From the human T2T-CHM13v2.0 reference genome, Homo sapiens: a stretch of DNA of 64,000 nt. The notes under the pieces are model-generated. The model searched no databases, was not told the origin of the DNA, and saw only the letters and a list, made by a program, of their open reading frames with translations. The DNA lies in assembly GCF_009914755.1 (NCBI RefSeq), contig NC_060931.1. One strand, 5' to 3'. Below are positions 42,156 through 57,490 of the stretch, in pieces. The position numbers and the translations under genes are program-made. Each line of letters begins with the position of its first letter. Position 1 is the stretch's first letter.

Positions 42156-44534
42156 ATCAGCCAAGCTGAGGACCTAGATTTGGTCATTCTGCTTTTGTCT
42201 GATAGTTTTTTTTCTCCCCCATATCCTACATTTCATAGAAATTCACAAAGGGGAAAGGTATATAAGGTGGCGGTGTGGTATCTACCTGCTTCTGCAGATC
42301 TGTGTCTTCTGCAGATACCCATTCTGAGAATTAAGTTACCTACTATCCTTTGTCATCAAGGGATGTTGGGTGCATTGTTATACTTAACAACATCAAGGTT
42401 CTGAGAGTAAAAAATGAAAAAAAATTTAATATTGGTTTGACAAATAGCAATTTCTATCCAACCACACTAAAGGTTTAAACACACACACAAACACAAAGTT
42501 GGTTAATGTCCTCATTATACCTATACAAATGAGAAACCTACCAGTTGGCTGACTATATAAATAACTTCATGGGGTCATTCAGTTTAGAACTGGGGGCCTG
42601 GGCCACATGCTGCTGAGGCTTTATCTGTGTGGCAAAGATTTATCCTGAAAATAATATTTCTTTTTTACTTTTTTTTCACTCAGTTGCAAACACTACCATA
42701 ATATAACACAGGTCTTCCTTTATGTGGATGGAAGGGAATTGATCCCACACCAAAAAAACATTTAAAATAAAGAACTAAGCTAAATGATGATCATTTCTAT
42801 TGATTCAAGATTATTTATTATGGGGCTCTGGGCATGGTAAATGGCCAAGTGAAATGAGTTGTGCGATAGCACCATGCATTTCCCTCTATTTACAAAAAAT
42901 AAAATGATGAAACTAGTAGAATTAGTCAAGTTAGAACTGTAATGATTTTTAAACCCAGAATTAACAATCTATGCTAACAATTTTCTTTCAAATAAAGGTA
43001 CAGTTCATGGGCTTTAATTTACTCTGCAGTTTCTCTTAATCCCAGACTTTCTTGGGCTTCTGCAGGGGTGGTGTCCCTTAGAGAGAACAACACAAGTGCT
43101 TATTAATGCCTCATGTGTGGGAAGAACTCACACATTCATGACTGTCTAATAATCACAGAAGCCTGGAGAAGTTAGTTCATTTCTTTTTGCTACTAGTAAT
43201 ATTATGATGAAAACCTAATAATAATGAAATGGGAGCATCTAAGTTGAATTTAGGATAAACCAAAGCAGTCAGTCATTCTGAGACGTTAAGTATTAGTTCA
43301 CAAATGATTTTACAATTATTTGACGGTTTGGGTTACGTCAGAGTTTAATTTAAAGGAAATATTTGGATTCACTTTAAAATTCACACTTTTAGTGAAAGAG
43401 TATTTTGCTCTTAAATTTCTTGTCTATGACACCCTCCCTCCAAGTCTGTTTTTCAAGAAATCAACCAACATGTGCTTAGTTAAGAAATCTCTGGAAGATT
43501 TTTACCAGCTCAGAGAAGGTCCTCGGCTCCCACTGATCTTTCAAAATTGTATTTTAGGATAGTAAACTCTCTTCTCTTCAGAACAAGTCTCATTATGTTG
43601 GTAGCAGTTACTTTCCTCTCAAGCCAGGAGGAGGCTGTTAATATCTTTCAGAGAAAAATTTGTGGAGTAGTCATAAGAGATGCTTATCTTAATATGGACT
43701 GGTTCAGTCCTCTTTTTGTCATGAAAAAATCACTGTTGCAAAATACCAGCAGGTGTTGAAAGAGCAGGATTAATTTGTAAGAGTTGAATGACATCATTTT
43801 CAAATGGCTTATTAAACACTAATTAGATTTCAAATTGTGTGACTCTCCATATACTTATGTGAAGATGGAAAAGTTTTAAGCATCTGCTTTCTCTAGCATG
43901 GGGGTAAACAGGGTTACAGTTTAATTTCCATAGGTGACAGTTTATCAAATGAAATCAAAATGGAGCTATACTAATTCTTGTCTCATAAAATGAAGAGTGT
44001 GTCTGAATCTTTATTTCTATTCTCAGTAATCTTAGCTAATTAAGCAATTTTACTAAACAGTACAATTTCTTGATCTGCTTTTTGTAATTCAAAGCATTTT
44101 TGTAATGAGATTACTTCAAATGTATTGTCAAATAAGAACACAATACTGCTGAGCCAAAAAGCATTTTCAAAGAGTAGTCAAACTCAATGCTAAATAATGT
44201 CACATTTTATCTTTATAAACTTAGTCAATAAACATGTTTTACTCATTCAATATAACATTGTGTTAATTGTATATACATCATAAAGTCTTAGATACAACTA
44301 TATAAAAGTATTTTAAGCAACAAATGTATCTCTGGGTAGAGTATTAACCTAATGCAATCTTTTTTAAATAACATGAATAATTCTAACTATATGAGACTTT
44401 AAATAAGAGGTTTATTAGGTTTCTACGTGTTAGACACACCAGAATACATGCTTGAATTCAAGGCAAAGATGATATCAGATATATAACAGGATACATTATA
44501 TTCTGAAGTATCAAAAAGCTGCTGCTACTGTCTT

Positions 44535-44568
44535 AAAAATAAATAAATAATAAATAAATAAATAAATA
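44535..44568. repeat. (TAAA)n microsatellite
   Basis: Directly visible. Confidence 0.9.
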
Positions 44569-45269
44569 GCTGAAGAGCACAGAATGTCAATTGGTTGAAT
44601 GTAGTTCACAGACAAAACTCATTTCACCTTTATTTCTCCAAATGAACTGGGAAAAATCACAAAGAGTAAATTTTCCTAAACTCATCATAGAGTCTCTATG
44701 ATGGCTCTAGCGTGATGTACAAATTTCTGTTTCTCCAACTTCCTCCTCACCATCCTCCGCCCACACTTGCTCCAGTGACATGGCCTGAACCATTTTGCAG
44801 GAGACAAAAGCTAAATTGTGCGACACCATACACACTTCTCAAAATTCCTCCCATACTTTGAACCAAGTGGGAGAGTTAATAAATATCTACAATTTAAAAA
44901 TAGCATTACATATAAAAGCCCTGTGCTATACAATCTGTTCCTGCACCTTCGCCAACGCTCCCAAAGCTGTGTCATGGAGGACAGCAGAGCCCAGAGGCTG
45001 CAGACCACACCAGACAGGCTGCTCCTTTACATAATAAAAGTATGCCACAATAGCCTGCCTCTGGAAAATATTTAATACTTTATCATGAATATTCTGCATT
45101 AAGTTTGCTTTGCGTTGTAAAATATATTACATTACAATATTTATCTTCATCATTGAGTTTTTTTTTAGCATTCGTTTGAATGTTGCTCCTGAGGCAAGTG
45201 TCTTCATCTCCTCATTCATGTCACATCCTTGGTCTTGGTATTCCATGCATATTCCATATTCATGTTCTA

Positions 45270-45562
45270 TATTCCATATTCAATCCCACTTCAAGAACAT
45301 TGCACTTCTTTTCAAACTCATACCCAGAACTTCTCATAAAAGACTCCTCTTCATTCAGGGATCAGCAAAGATGTGCTAGGCATCTGTCCCATTTGATTCC
45401 CTTCTGTAGCTACACTGTGTATTTATCAACTATGTGTTTATTATCATCCTGTACATCATTATCTCCACTAGAAAGCCAATTTCCATCAGTTCTGTACTCT
45501 GGTCATTCATCATTTTTCCCGGCACAGAATGGGCATTCAATGACTATGTTTTGAATGAATGA
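45270..45562 (+). mobile_element. L2 3' end
   Basis: Ends cccggcacagaatgggcattcaatgactatgttttgaatgaatga, the typical L2 tail. Confidence 0.65.
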
Positions 45563-47869
45563 TTGTATGAGATTTTTTTGGCACGGGGCATGTCCTTTTA
45601 TTTTAAAAAATAAGGGTAAATTTAGTTATTATTTTCCTGGGGTAACAAAGGTCATTCTAGGTATTTAATCAAAGAGAGAAAAAATGGAAGTGACATTTGT
45701 CTTGATCACTCACCAGCTCTGTTGGTTGTTTTGATAAAAGAGCGGAGGAAAAAAATTTCATGTGGGAAATGGCCTAAGCAAACAAAGCACCCACTGGACA
45801 CTGTAAACTGTTGAGGGACCCACTGTGACTTAGGTAGAGGTTTTGTTTTGTAGTCATGATAGTTGAGGCAGAGAAGTAGGTACAGTCCTCTGTGAAATAT
45901 GTTATCTGTCATGATCAGCATTTTATTATATAGGCAGAAGAAAAAATGAAGATTTGAAAGATCCGATATCTTTGTGTAAATGTTGATCTACCTAGTACAT
46001 AGACAAGGAACTACTTGACAGTGAGGACATTAAAGCAGAAGCCAGCACGATTTTCTGATTGCATATTACAGGGAAGGTAGTCGATCTAGAACAGAAGCAG
46101 CTTAAGAAGATGATATAGGAAAAATCTTATCCTTTCAATTATAGTAGACCTGACATTGGCTGCCATTAGACCATGTACTTACTCTTACTTGAAATATTGT
46201 ATCATTTTTCATCAACATTCCATACATTGACTGATTGAATGATTCATTAATTCATTCAAAATTATACATACAGCAAATTCTATATGCAGGATACTGAGCT
46301 ATACAGTGGGGACACAAAACAAACGGAAGAATTTTTTTAAGTGACCAAATATATGAATAAATAAATACTGAATAATAAGCAATAATCTAGTTCTAAACAT
46401 AGTTGAAATATAAATAAGAGTTCAGCTTTGGACTATGCCAATATTAATATGAATTGAAATACTTAGAGGATAAAAGGCAAAATATTTTTCACTGTGACAT
46501 ATTTTTAAGACACTATGTGGGTGGCAAGAGCAGAGAACACCTGTACTCCTATCTCCAATCAAAATATAATATTAGATGATGGAATGTGGCTGAGACTCCG
46601 TGTCTATTGCTCTGACTAAATTTCATCAACTGCATGATCTATCCAATTGGCTGTGCAAAAATCGATTGTGAAGACCAATGAAAGCATTGAGTGAGTGAAA
46701 AATGACCCTGCAGCAACATGCAGAAGTGATGAAAGTCTTTGTCCACGTAAGGAAAATGAAGGTTTAAGTCGAACATTTCTACAAACTAATGGAAAAATAA
46801 AATACTCTAATAATAAAACATATGCAGCCAAAACATCCTGTATAATTTGGGCTTCAGTTTTCAATTCAATATTTATGTTAAAATAGACAATAATATTTAT
46901 AAGAATACTAATTAAGCATTCTGATATTTCCATTTAAAACCTGTTTGATGAAACAATATTACTGACATCTTGACTCAGAAACAGGCTTACACTCATGATG
47001 GAGTGGCATGCATGGCCAGTGAGATTAGTTTGATGGTTCGAATCCAAATATTTTGCTTTTGTCACAATCCTATAACAACCCAGACAACAAATCGTAGTGA
47101 CCTTTCCCAACATAAATGGATGCTCTTGGTAAGGTAGCAGTTTCCTTTATTTTATGTGACTTTGATGGCACAGTATTTAATATTAGTTAAATACAGCAAG
47201 CCAAATTATTGGAACAGTTAAATTCCTATATGGAGCACAGTGAATACATCAGTTACTCACTGAAAATACTGGTAGAAGTGGTAGCAATGACGTTATCATG
47301 TATTAATCTATTGAAAAGCTTCTTGTATGGTATTTTGATGGCTGCAGTGTTTAATTTTAGTTTTTTTTTAATTTTGCTATGGTTGAGATAATTTTATTCC
47401 TAGCATTTCTACTATCTTATTTGTTACTCAAATTCTTGTGGAAATCCACTCCTATAAGAATAGTGGTCCCTTCTATATTTCTGTCTACTTTATTTTTCTA
47501 TCTATATAGAAAGGTTGTAAGTTACAAAAAAGTACAAAACATTAAACCTAGTATCATTGCCATCCCAGAGGGTAGCACTGTTTTTATGTTAACGTATCTA
47601 ATGCATGTCTGCAATTAATCAAGCAATTCCCTGTTGAAGATTTGTGTAAAGTTGTATATCTTTTCAAAATTTACCTACAATCCTAACCAAATTCCACTAA
47701 ACACAATATTTCTAGAACTTGATAAAATGATTTTTAAAGTTCATCTTTAAAACAAAGGGTTTTTACTTCACTTTCTAATATGGCAGCTGATAAATCCATG
47801 TGTTTGTTGAACAGCTGAAATCTGTCTTGTCTAATTCTTCAGATACACACACACATACGTAATTACATA

Positions 47870-48233
47870 CAGATGTCACTTGATGATGGGTTATGTCACA
47901 ATAAACCCATTGTACATTGAAAATATTGTAAGTCAAACTGCATTTAATACACCTAACCTTTCCTGAACATCATAGCTTCACCTAACCTACCATAAATGTG
48001 CTCAGAATTCTTAAGCTAGCCTACAGTTGGGTGAAATCGTCTAGCAGAAAGCCTATTTTATAGTAATGTGTTGAATACTTCATGTAATTTGTAGAATATT
48101 TTACTAAAAGTGAAAAACAGAATGGTTGTATGGGTACTTAAAGTGTGGTTTCTACTGAATGTGTATCACTTTCACACCACTTTACAATCTATAAAAGTCA
48201 TAAGTCAAACCATCACAAACTGGGGACTGTCTG
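47870..48233 (+). mobile_element. MER47A-like Tigger (TcMar) MITE, near full length
   Basis: ta|cagatg...aataaacccattgtacattgaaaatattgtaagtc...aaagtgaaaaacagaatggttgtatgggtact...ggggactgtctg. Confidence 0.85.
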
Positions 48234-48435
48234 CATCTAGTCAGTGTAAAACACTGGATTTCAATCGCAGTGGGAAAAAGTGTAAAATATTTCATTGATA
48301 ATTTTATCTTTATTATAAATTAAAGTGATAAATTCTAAAGTACTTGATTAAATGAAATTTATTATTAACATTAATTTTATTTATTTCTATTTTTAAAATG
48401 TTTAAAAATTTTAAATATCACTAGGGACTTTCTAA

Positions 48436-48855
<420 letters not shown>

Positions 48856-49740
48856 TTATTCTAATAATTTAAATTAGAATATTAAAGTATTCTAATAAGT
48901 TAAATACTTCTAATAAAAGTATTTAATAAGTGCTATATTAAGCAATGTAGGGAAAGACAGGACTGGGATAGATTGACCACAAATAATAGAAGTGCACTTG
49001 AACCTTCACATATGAAAGCAGACAATGTACTAAATGAAATGATGTGGAAAGGGCAGAAGAATAGTTAGGTCCAGTGAATTAAACGACCACCCAGGAACAA
49101 ACTCAAGTGTATGCATGAGAATACCATCTTATAATACAGTAGGATAGCATATCAGATATATCAGTGTTGTCATAATGGAACATCAGTGAAGAGTACTGAG
49201 GCAATCTAGTAGCTATTTAGTTATACACCCATGCCATCTTTTTAATATTTTGCTTTATACTCTCCAAAACATAACATAAATAGTAGAAAATAGTGAATTG
49301 AAAAATTGGGATAGTAATAAAAAGGCAAATGGGAAATCACAGACTAAATAATTTGTAGCAATATTACAGGAAAAACGGTCACAGAAGAGCTGTGCTTAAT
49401 ATGTGAGCTAATTAATAAATAACGAGTATTGAGGGAAATAAAAATGCCCATAAACTGCCACTGGATTTCACATCAGTGTCATCAATCTGCAGAATAACTT
49501 GAAAGACTTATAAAATCTAGAAATATTTGTTTAAAATTATATATATAATTAAAACATTATTAATAAAAGAAATATAATAAACTAACCCCAGAATTAAGTA
49601 TTCTACTTAATGTAAGATAGTGTATAGTCATCTGATGAAATATTCCATAATCACATAAAGTTATAGTAGTAGAAAATTTCCAAAATTTTTAAAAGTATAT
49701 ATACCCATACACACAGGTATATGTGTCTGTAAGAATACTC

Positions 49741-49743
<3 letters not shown>

Positions 49744-49783
<40 letters not shown>

Positions 49784-49793
49784 GTGTGTGTGT
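49744..49793. repeat. (TG)n microsatellite
   Basis: Directly visible. Confidence 0.95.
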
Positions 49794-50214
49794 TTTAATA
49801 CACATGTGTAAGAAGCAGGCCCTATGTCTTTAGAAACAGGTTATGGTCATGGCAGTGGAGGAGAGGAACATGGCAACACGTGCAGTAACAAAGTGAGTGA
49901 GGGAAGGACGTGTGATTTTGTCTCTTCATTTCACTAGTGCATTTTATTAGGACATTTTCTTTTTGTAAACTGAAGAAAATTTAAAGGAAGAAAAGAAAGC
50001 ATGGAAAAAAGAAAGCAGCCAGCCTTCTAACACTATGGATAAGTCTTCACAGATTGTAGCTTTCTCTCATGTTTTCCTTCAGTTTTAGTTACTTCCATAG
50101 AGTTGAATTCTTAGCGTTACAGTTCATGTAGGCTACTTACAGTATTTGTCGATGTGGTAGCTTTCCAATTAGAAGTTTGAGAGGATTCCTGGATTCATAT
50201 GAGAGCCCAGCCTC

Positions 50215-50325
50215 TGAACACTGCCTGATCTCAAATTATAGCCCTCCTGGTAATGTCTGTCGCCTTGAGCAAGTTACTTAACCATTCTGTCCATCAGTTT
50301 CCACATCTTTTCAAATGGTAGGATA
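50215..50325 (+). mobile_element. MIR
   Basis: ccttgagcaagttacttaaccattctgtccatcagtttccacatc. Confidence 0.7.
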
Positions 50326-50335
50326 TATTCAACCC

Positions 50336-50348
50336 ATATATCTATATA

Positions 50349-50382
<34 letters not shown>

Positions 50383-50388
50383 CACACA
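50336..50388. repeat. (TA)n(TG)n(TA)n microsatellite
   Basis: Directly visible. Confidence 0.9.
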
Positions 50389-51527
50389 AACATAATGTTC
50401 TATGAAAAAACCATGTGCACTTCATTTTATTATCCAAAGTAGAGAAAAGATGTGTTGACTTTTACTCTGTGCTTATGATAAATGTTTTTAAGCATTCCAT
50501 TAGAGTACGAACTTCTGCGAGTCTTCATTCATTGGAGACTCCACATTGTGACACTGTGAAAAAATATATTGATGCATGTTGTCATACTTAATGTTATTTT
50601 TCCTTCATTTTTATTGTCCTCATATTAAAAATAGTTCCAATATAATATTTTATTATAATTGCCTTTTGCCCACTTTTTAATGGTAATTGTTTTGCTTTAT
50701 TTTTAGTTATGTACTTTTTAGAAAAAATCCAGGTGGATATTTTTGTTTCACTAAATATGAGAATCTTTATTTTTCTTTATAATAAAAAATTTAATTTCTA
50801 GTTAAGGTATGGCAAATTTCTATTTAAAGAGATTTATTTTATATTACAGTCATATTTAATTCCATACTTTGTTTTTATGACATCGTTATTCTTTCATTAA
50901 AACATTTTGTCAAAAACATGTATTTGTTAATTACTAGTAGTTCAAATGCATCTATTATATCCCTTTTCCTGGACATTTTTATTATATATTAAAAATTTTT
51001 ATTTCAACAATTAGAGTTTAATTTGTATTGAATTTTCAGTTGGCATTTTTAGACACGTATATGCCAATCATTTCAGAACACAAATGTATAATTCTTGCGT
51101 GATTTTTAATTGCTTCTTTGTGAAAGCTTCCCTTAGCGATATGAGACCTGCTTCCCCTTGCTTCCTGCTATAGTCATGTAGCCCTGGTCTGAAATTCTTT
51201 GTCACAAAATTCATTTTTAAAAATCTCTAAAATTTGCCTTACTTCCTTGTCCTGAGAAGTGAAAAAGTCATTTTGTTTTTGCTTTTTTGGAATTTATTAT
51301 TATGTCTGCATGTACATAATTTAAAGTTTAGTTTGCATCCGAAAAAAAGTCTGTGGTAGACTGTCTTTATTCACAATATTCAGATGTGCCATTGACCTCT
51401 TGAAAGGCTTTGAGATGGGATGTGGCCCAACAAACCTGAAGGCAAATTCAGGTTTAGAATACATACAAATTAGAAAATGTATTACAAAACAGAAGAATTA
51501 CATGTTTATTTTCATGTAGTAATATAA

Positions 51528-51848
<321 letters not shown>

Positions 51849-52349
51849 TAAGCATAAGTCTTTCAAAATAAGTATGTATATAAAAACATTGTAGTGGTCA
51901 ATAAAAGAGATGAAAGCTATTGATTGAAAAAAAAAATAAAACATATCCAAAGAAGACTTGGTTGTAGGGTACACTTGATTCATGATACTTCACAAGAAAT
52001 CAGTGAAAGTGGTTAAGAATAAATATACAGGTATATAATCCATATCAATAATCCATCTGGCGACAACTTTCTGATTACAACTTTTGACATGAATTTGATA
52101 AATACTGAACAGTTGGTGCTGCGGGGTCTAGAACGGACTGTGGAGGAATGGATTATAACAGAGAACAGGTAAGAAAACAGAAATGTTTACAGTCAGGAGT
52201 AGTAGTGGTGGCAACAGTGAAGAATTACACCCAATAAGACAGGACAGAGTGTGACAAAAGAGTTTTGGTGAGAAACAATAATCAAACAAATTTATGACAG
52301 CAGAAAACTCAATGAGCAGCAAGTCAAATAAAGCAGCTTGTGAGCCCTT

Positions 52350-52465
52350 ATTGGACTATAATTTCTTGGAGGGCAAGGATTAAATCTTATTTTTTTGTGT
52401 GTAGCCTATTGTCCTATGCAGTGTTTATCACTAAGGGAACCATAATAAATACTCAATGAATGAAA
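52350..52465 (+). mobile_element. L2 3' end
   Basis: ggactataatttcttggagggcaagga...aataaatactcaatgaatgaa. Confidence 0.65.
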
Positions 52466-54704
52466 AAATGACATTAAGCACCAGAATCAAGGTAATCTAT
52501 ACATCACTTTTATTTAAAATATCTGGTATTACTTCTTAGATGGTTTGATATGGCATTATTTTAAAGTATAGGTTTCTTTTAAAGTTTCATTAATTATAAT
52601 TTAAATAATCATATGTTATGACTAAAACCTATTAATATGCAATTTTAACAAACTTTTCAAAAAATTGTTTCTTGTTTTCTTTTTATACATTATGTACTTT
52701 CATTGTTTACGTCTTAAAAACACACCATGAACATTCCTAGAAAATATATTTCAAGTTTCAGTTACCTAATTTATTTCAAATGAGTCTACTACCCTAGAGT
52801 CTCTGGGCATACATTTACCTAATTAAATTCAGATCTTGTTACAAATGGAAAAGACAGACTTTTACTTACAAAGTGTGAAATTACCTAATAATGTATTTCA
52901 ATTCATAAATGAAGTGAATTTTCTGAGGTATTCTAATTGCTTTCACAAGGCCAGATTTAAATTTTATTTCCATGAAAAAATTTAAAATAACCACTTTATA
53001 GCTGCTAAAAATGAGATTCATGGTGAAAGTGTTCCTGTCCCCTTAAGTTTCAAATAATACATTGATGCTCCAATTATTGCCAGTCAGGCAATGCGTCTAC
53101 CACTAAATCCCAAAATAAATAATAGAGAAGTTGAAGTAATTAGTTTAATGTCCTCAGTAAATAATAATTATTTCTAAAATGTTAGGATTTGACCTTTTAG
53201 AAGTGGAATAGATTCAGTGAAAGAAAATTATCTAAAATATATTACTATCGAAAGAGTTGTTTCTCTTTTAAAGTCTAATCAATACAGAAAGAAATTATGA
53301 GTCTGGTCTCTGGGTTTGCATTTAACTCTGATTAATTTTATCAAAAAACAAATGAAAAGTGTAAAACATTTTTAACGTTATGTCTGCCTCCAATGTAGAA
53401 TATATTGTATTTTATCATATAAGTCCTGAGGAAAAATATCCTGTGCATGAACAATTTTAGCCAGTAAATTACATGACATAAACTTTATATATGCTAATTT
53501 AAGTGCCCCAGTGAAATGCATTGCTTTTCAATTTTTTAAATTTTTGCTTTTACTTTTTGTAATGATCTAACTTATGAAACCCAAGTAGTCTATATCATTT
53601 AATGTCCAAAACTTGCTGTGCCTTTTCTGTTTTATCTCTCCATATGCTACTAATTTAGAAATTTACAATCATTTGCATAAAAATTACACTTAATAAGCAT
53701 TTAATAAATGTTTCCTAATTTTATTTGAATATAAATTTCAAAGGACAGTACAAAACTCGCGTGTGGAAAATGAAAGGCTAAAATTCACTAAATATACTCA
53801 GTGGCCTGAATTAAACCTCTCTATCTTGCCAAATTCCTTCCCTCTGTGCCTTACTGAATTAGTGTGTCATTTGCTTCATTAAATAATCGACATGTAATGC
53901 TACCTTCTGTATAACTCCAGGTTGCTTCTTAATTGGAAAAAATAACTACTTTGACTCAGAAAGTGTCAATGGACACAGGGTTGATGGAGCCTGGTGTCAC
54001 AAAGGTGGGCAACATGTGTGCAGCACAGCTGATCCTTCTCAACATGGACAATAGGGACAAGAATTTGCTAAGTAAGAGTAGCTTAATGAAGGTACATTTT
54101 ACACATACATTCTCAGAGAGATAGCTGAATGGCACACTTAATTAATGATCTGAACAAATTCCAATGTGGTCCCAACACACTCTGGCAATTTTGGGATTCA
54201 GGAATCTTGAGTAGGTTTTCTTGAATGTCATCATTTCTTTCCTGGTAGATTATTAGAATTATTTCATCAAGATGCCATTCTCAGGGGATACATGTTTACC
54301 TGTGTTTAGCTCTCAGTAATTCTTTGATATCAAATAACATTGTAAGCTATTTGTCAGATGTGATGTAGTGTGGTGGAAATAACACACAACTGGGGACCTA
54401 GAATAATTCACTCTAACCACAGCTCTATTGGGACCTATGTGATATCCGTGAAGTTGCCTTCGAGTGCAACCTCAAAATGTGGCTATAACTACAGTGTTCG
54501 TAAGTTACTATATAATTTTATTTTCCATCACTCAGAAGAGAACTACGTTTATTTAACAGCTTCTTGCCTATGATTTCTACTTTTGATTTCTTTTAAAAAA
54601 TACAAATTTGTTCATATCTCTATGTTCTTCTCAACACCTCATACTAGCATTTATATTAACATCAGTTAATTTACAAAAGATCTATATGAATAGCTTATTC
54701 AGTG

Positions 54705-54880
54705 ACAGCAGAGTGATTTCATAAACAGCAATGAGTTTTGAAGTAACATAGTCTGGTTGCATGTTAAGCTTTACATTCTCTCGTGACCACAGGCAGATTT
54801 CTCAATGCCTCAGTTTCTTGTATGTAAAATCAATATAATGATTGTGCCTAGCCAAGAAGGCGTCATAAGGAATAAGTTAC
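54705..54880 (+). mobile_element. MIR
   Basis: gtgaccacaggcagatttctcaatgcctcagtttcttgtatgtaaaat. Confidence 0.65.
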
Positions 54881-55089
54881 CGTTATCATCATAATTACTG
54901 TTAAAAATATCATTAGCTTTATGCAGGTAGGTATGAGTCCAAATGAAATTATGGGATCTCAACAAGGCATATTTAATTCTGTATTTCATTTATATATGAA
55001 AAAAGTAAGTATTCTCAAGGTTATTAAAATTTAAGTACACAATATATATACAAGCACACATCCATATATATCTGTCACTATAGGGTAAA

Positions 55090-56290
55090 TGATATTTCCA
55101 AGAATTTTTCCTCATCATAATTACTTGGAAATTCCTCCATGGTAGAGCATGTATCAACAGGTAATTCCTTTTTATTAATGATATGATTTGGCTCTGTGTC
55201 CCCACCCAAATCTCATCTTGCAGCTCCCATAATTCCCATGTGTTGTGGAATGGACCCGGTGGGAGATGATTGAAGCATTGGTGTGGGTCTTTCCCACGCT
55301 GTTCTCATGATAGTGAGTGTTTGTCGAATGAGTATCACGATATCTGATGGGTTTAAAAATGGCAGTTTCTCTGCGCAAGCTCTTTCTTTGCCTGCTGACA
55401 TCCACGTAAGATGTGACTTGCTCCTCCTTGCCTTCCACCATGATTGTGAGGCCTCCCCAGCCATGTGGAGCTGTAAGTCCAATACACCTCTTCTTTTTTA
55501 AATAATCCAGTCTCTGGTATGTCTTTATCAGCAGCATGAAAATGGACTAATACAATTACTAAGTGATAATTCAGTCTGTGGATATTCCACAGTTTGCTCA
55601 TCCACTCTAATGTGATAAACATTTAGGCTTCAGATTTGTTTATTAATAAAACTACCATGAATAATTTTGCATAGGTATTTGAATAAAGTTATGTTTTCAT
55701 TTCTCTTGAGTAAGGAATTATGAGTGGAATAGCAGTATCATTAAGGTGGACATTTAACTTTCTAAAATCTTTTCCAAAGTAGTTGTTCCATTTTATATTA
55801 CCCTCAACAGTACAATAGAGTTCCAGTTGCTCCACGTCTTTGCCAACACTTGTTTTGGTCTGTCTTTTTAGCCATTCCAATAGGTATATAGTGGTATGCA
55901 TTTTCCTACTGAAAAATTGTAACTATTATGTGCTTACTTTCCATATGTATATCTACTTTCAGGAAGTGTCCAAATTGACCATTTTATCATTTTTTTACTA
56001 TTGTGTATCAATAAATTTTACATATTGTTCATGTAATTCTTTTATCAGATATAATACTGGACTATTTTCTCAGTCTGTATCTTGTCTTTTAAATTTTATT
56101 AAAGATGTATTTTGAAGCAAAGTGGATTTAATTTTAATAAATTCCTATTGTATATCAGTTATTTTAAAGATAATAGTTTTGACATCACATAAGAAACATT
56201 TAATCCAAAGTGGCACTGATGAGTTCCTATGTCTTCTAAAAGTTTTACAGTTTGAGTTATATAGTTAGATTTATCTTCCACTTTGTCCAT
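55090..56290 (-). mobile_element. Old L1M (L1ME-like) fragment split by THE1
   Basis: gagttccagttgctccacgtctttgccaacactt...tttagccattccaatagg; ORF 55689-55901 (SVGKDVEQLEL) is an L1 ORF2 C-terminal remnant. Confidence 0.75.
55179..55554 (+). mobile_element. THE1A/B MaLR solo LTR; TSD atta(a/c)
   Basis: tgatatgatttggctctgtgtccccacccaaatctcatcttg...cagcagcatgaaaatggactaataca. Confidence 0.95.
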
Positions 56291-56614
56291 GATCTCATTA
56301 AGAAAATAGCACTTTTATGTACCAAAATGAATAAAATATGACACTATTATTTAATGAGCCCCATGTGCCAAAATAAGGTAAGGGTGATATGGAATTGTGA
56401 AGAAAATATTAAGGAGAAGATACTCACATAATATTAGAAGTCATAGTAATTTATACAATCAGATGTCTGTATTTTATGTTTGTAGGTTATCTAAAGAAAA
56501 AAATAATTAAAGAGAATTATATTTATAAATCAGGATCTGGGTGCTGAGTGCGTTTATTTCTCCTGGGATGTCATTGCCTCTAGGATATTTCAGTGAGCAG
56601 TGTCAGGTAATATA

Positions 56615-57033
56615 CAGTTGACTCTTGAGCACACAGGTTGGAACTGCCTGGGACCCTTATGTATGAATTTTCTTTCTGCTCTGCTACCCCTGGGCCAGCA
56701 AAACTAACCTCTCCTCATCATCCTTCTCAGTCTACTCAACGTGAAGATGATGAGGATGAAGACTTTTTCGATGATCCACTTCCACTTAATGAACAGTAAA
56801 TATATTTTCTCTTTCTTATGATTTCCTTAATAACATTTTCTTTTTTCTAGATCACTTTATTATAAGATTGTAATATATAAAATATATAACAAACAAAACA
56901 TGTGTTAATCAACTTTTATGTTATCAGTAAGGTCTCCAATCTATAGTAGGCTATTAGTAGTTAAGTTATACACAGATTTTCAATCTTACTGGTGATCATA
57001 ATCTTTAACCCCATGTCATTCAAGGATCAACTG
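56615..57033 (+). mobile_element. Tigger2a (MER28)-like MITE with TIRs and TA TSD
   Basis: ta|cagttgactcttga ... tcaaggatcaactg|ta; internal ctcaacgtgaagatgatgaggatgaagac. Confidence 0.9.
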
Positions 57034-57111
57034 TACACATGTATACTAATCCATGTATACAAATACATCTGTTATTATTTATGCACACACACACACACAC
57101 ACATATATACA

Positions 57112-57351
57112 CAGATGTTCTTCACCTTACAGTGAAGTTACATCCTGCTGAACTCATCATAAGTCGAAATATTGTAAGAAGAAATTGCATTTCATAAACC
57201 TAACATACCGAACATCTTACCTTAACCTAGCCTACCTTAAATGTGCTCAGAACACTTTACCTTACAATTGGGCAAAGTCATTTAGCACAAAGCCTGTTTT
57301 ATAATAAAGTGTTGACTGTCTCACATAATTTATCGAATACTGTACTTAAGT
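57112..57351 (+). mobile_element. MER47A-like MITE, 3'-truncated
   Basis: Homologous to 47870-48110 (cctagcctaccttaaatgtgctcagaacac). Confidence 0.85.
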
Positions 57352-57354
57352 AGT

Positions 57355-57438
57355 TGTGTGTGTGTGTGTGTGTATATATATACACACACAAATACACAAC
57401 ACACATACATATCTCTCTGTGTGTGTATGTGTGTGTGT
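57355..57438. repeat. (TG)/(CA) compound microsatellite
   Basis: Directly visible. Confidence 0.85.
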
Positions 57439-57490
57439 AACTATAGCTATACATGAATTCATGCTAACTTCTCTGACCATAATGAAGTAC

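Noticed and set aside
55175-55622. Cluster of overlapping ORFs
   Set aside because: All lie in the THE1 LTR and adjacent L1 relic
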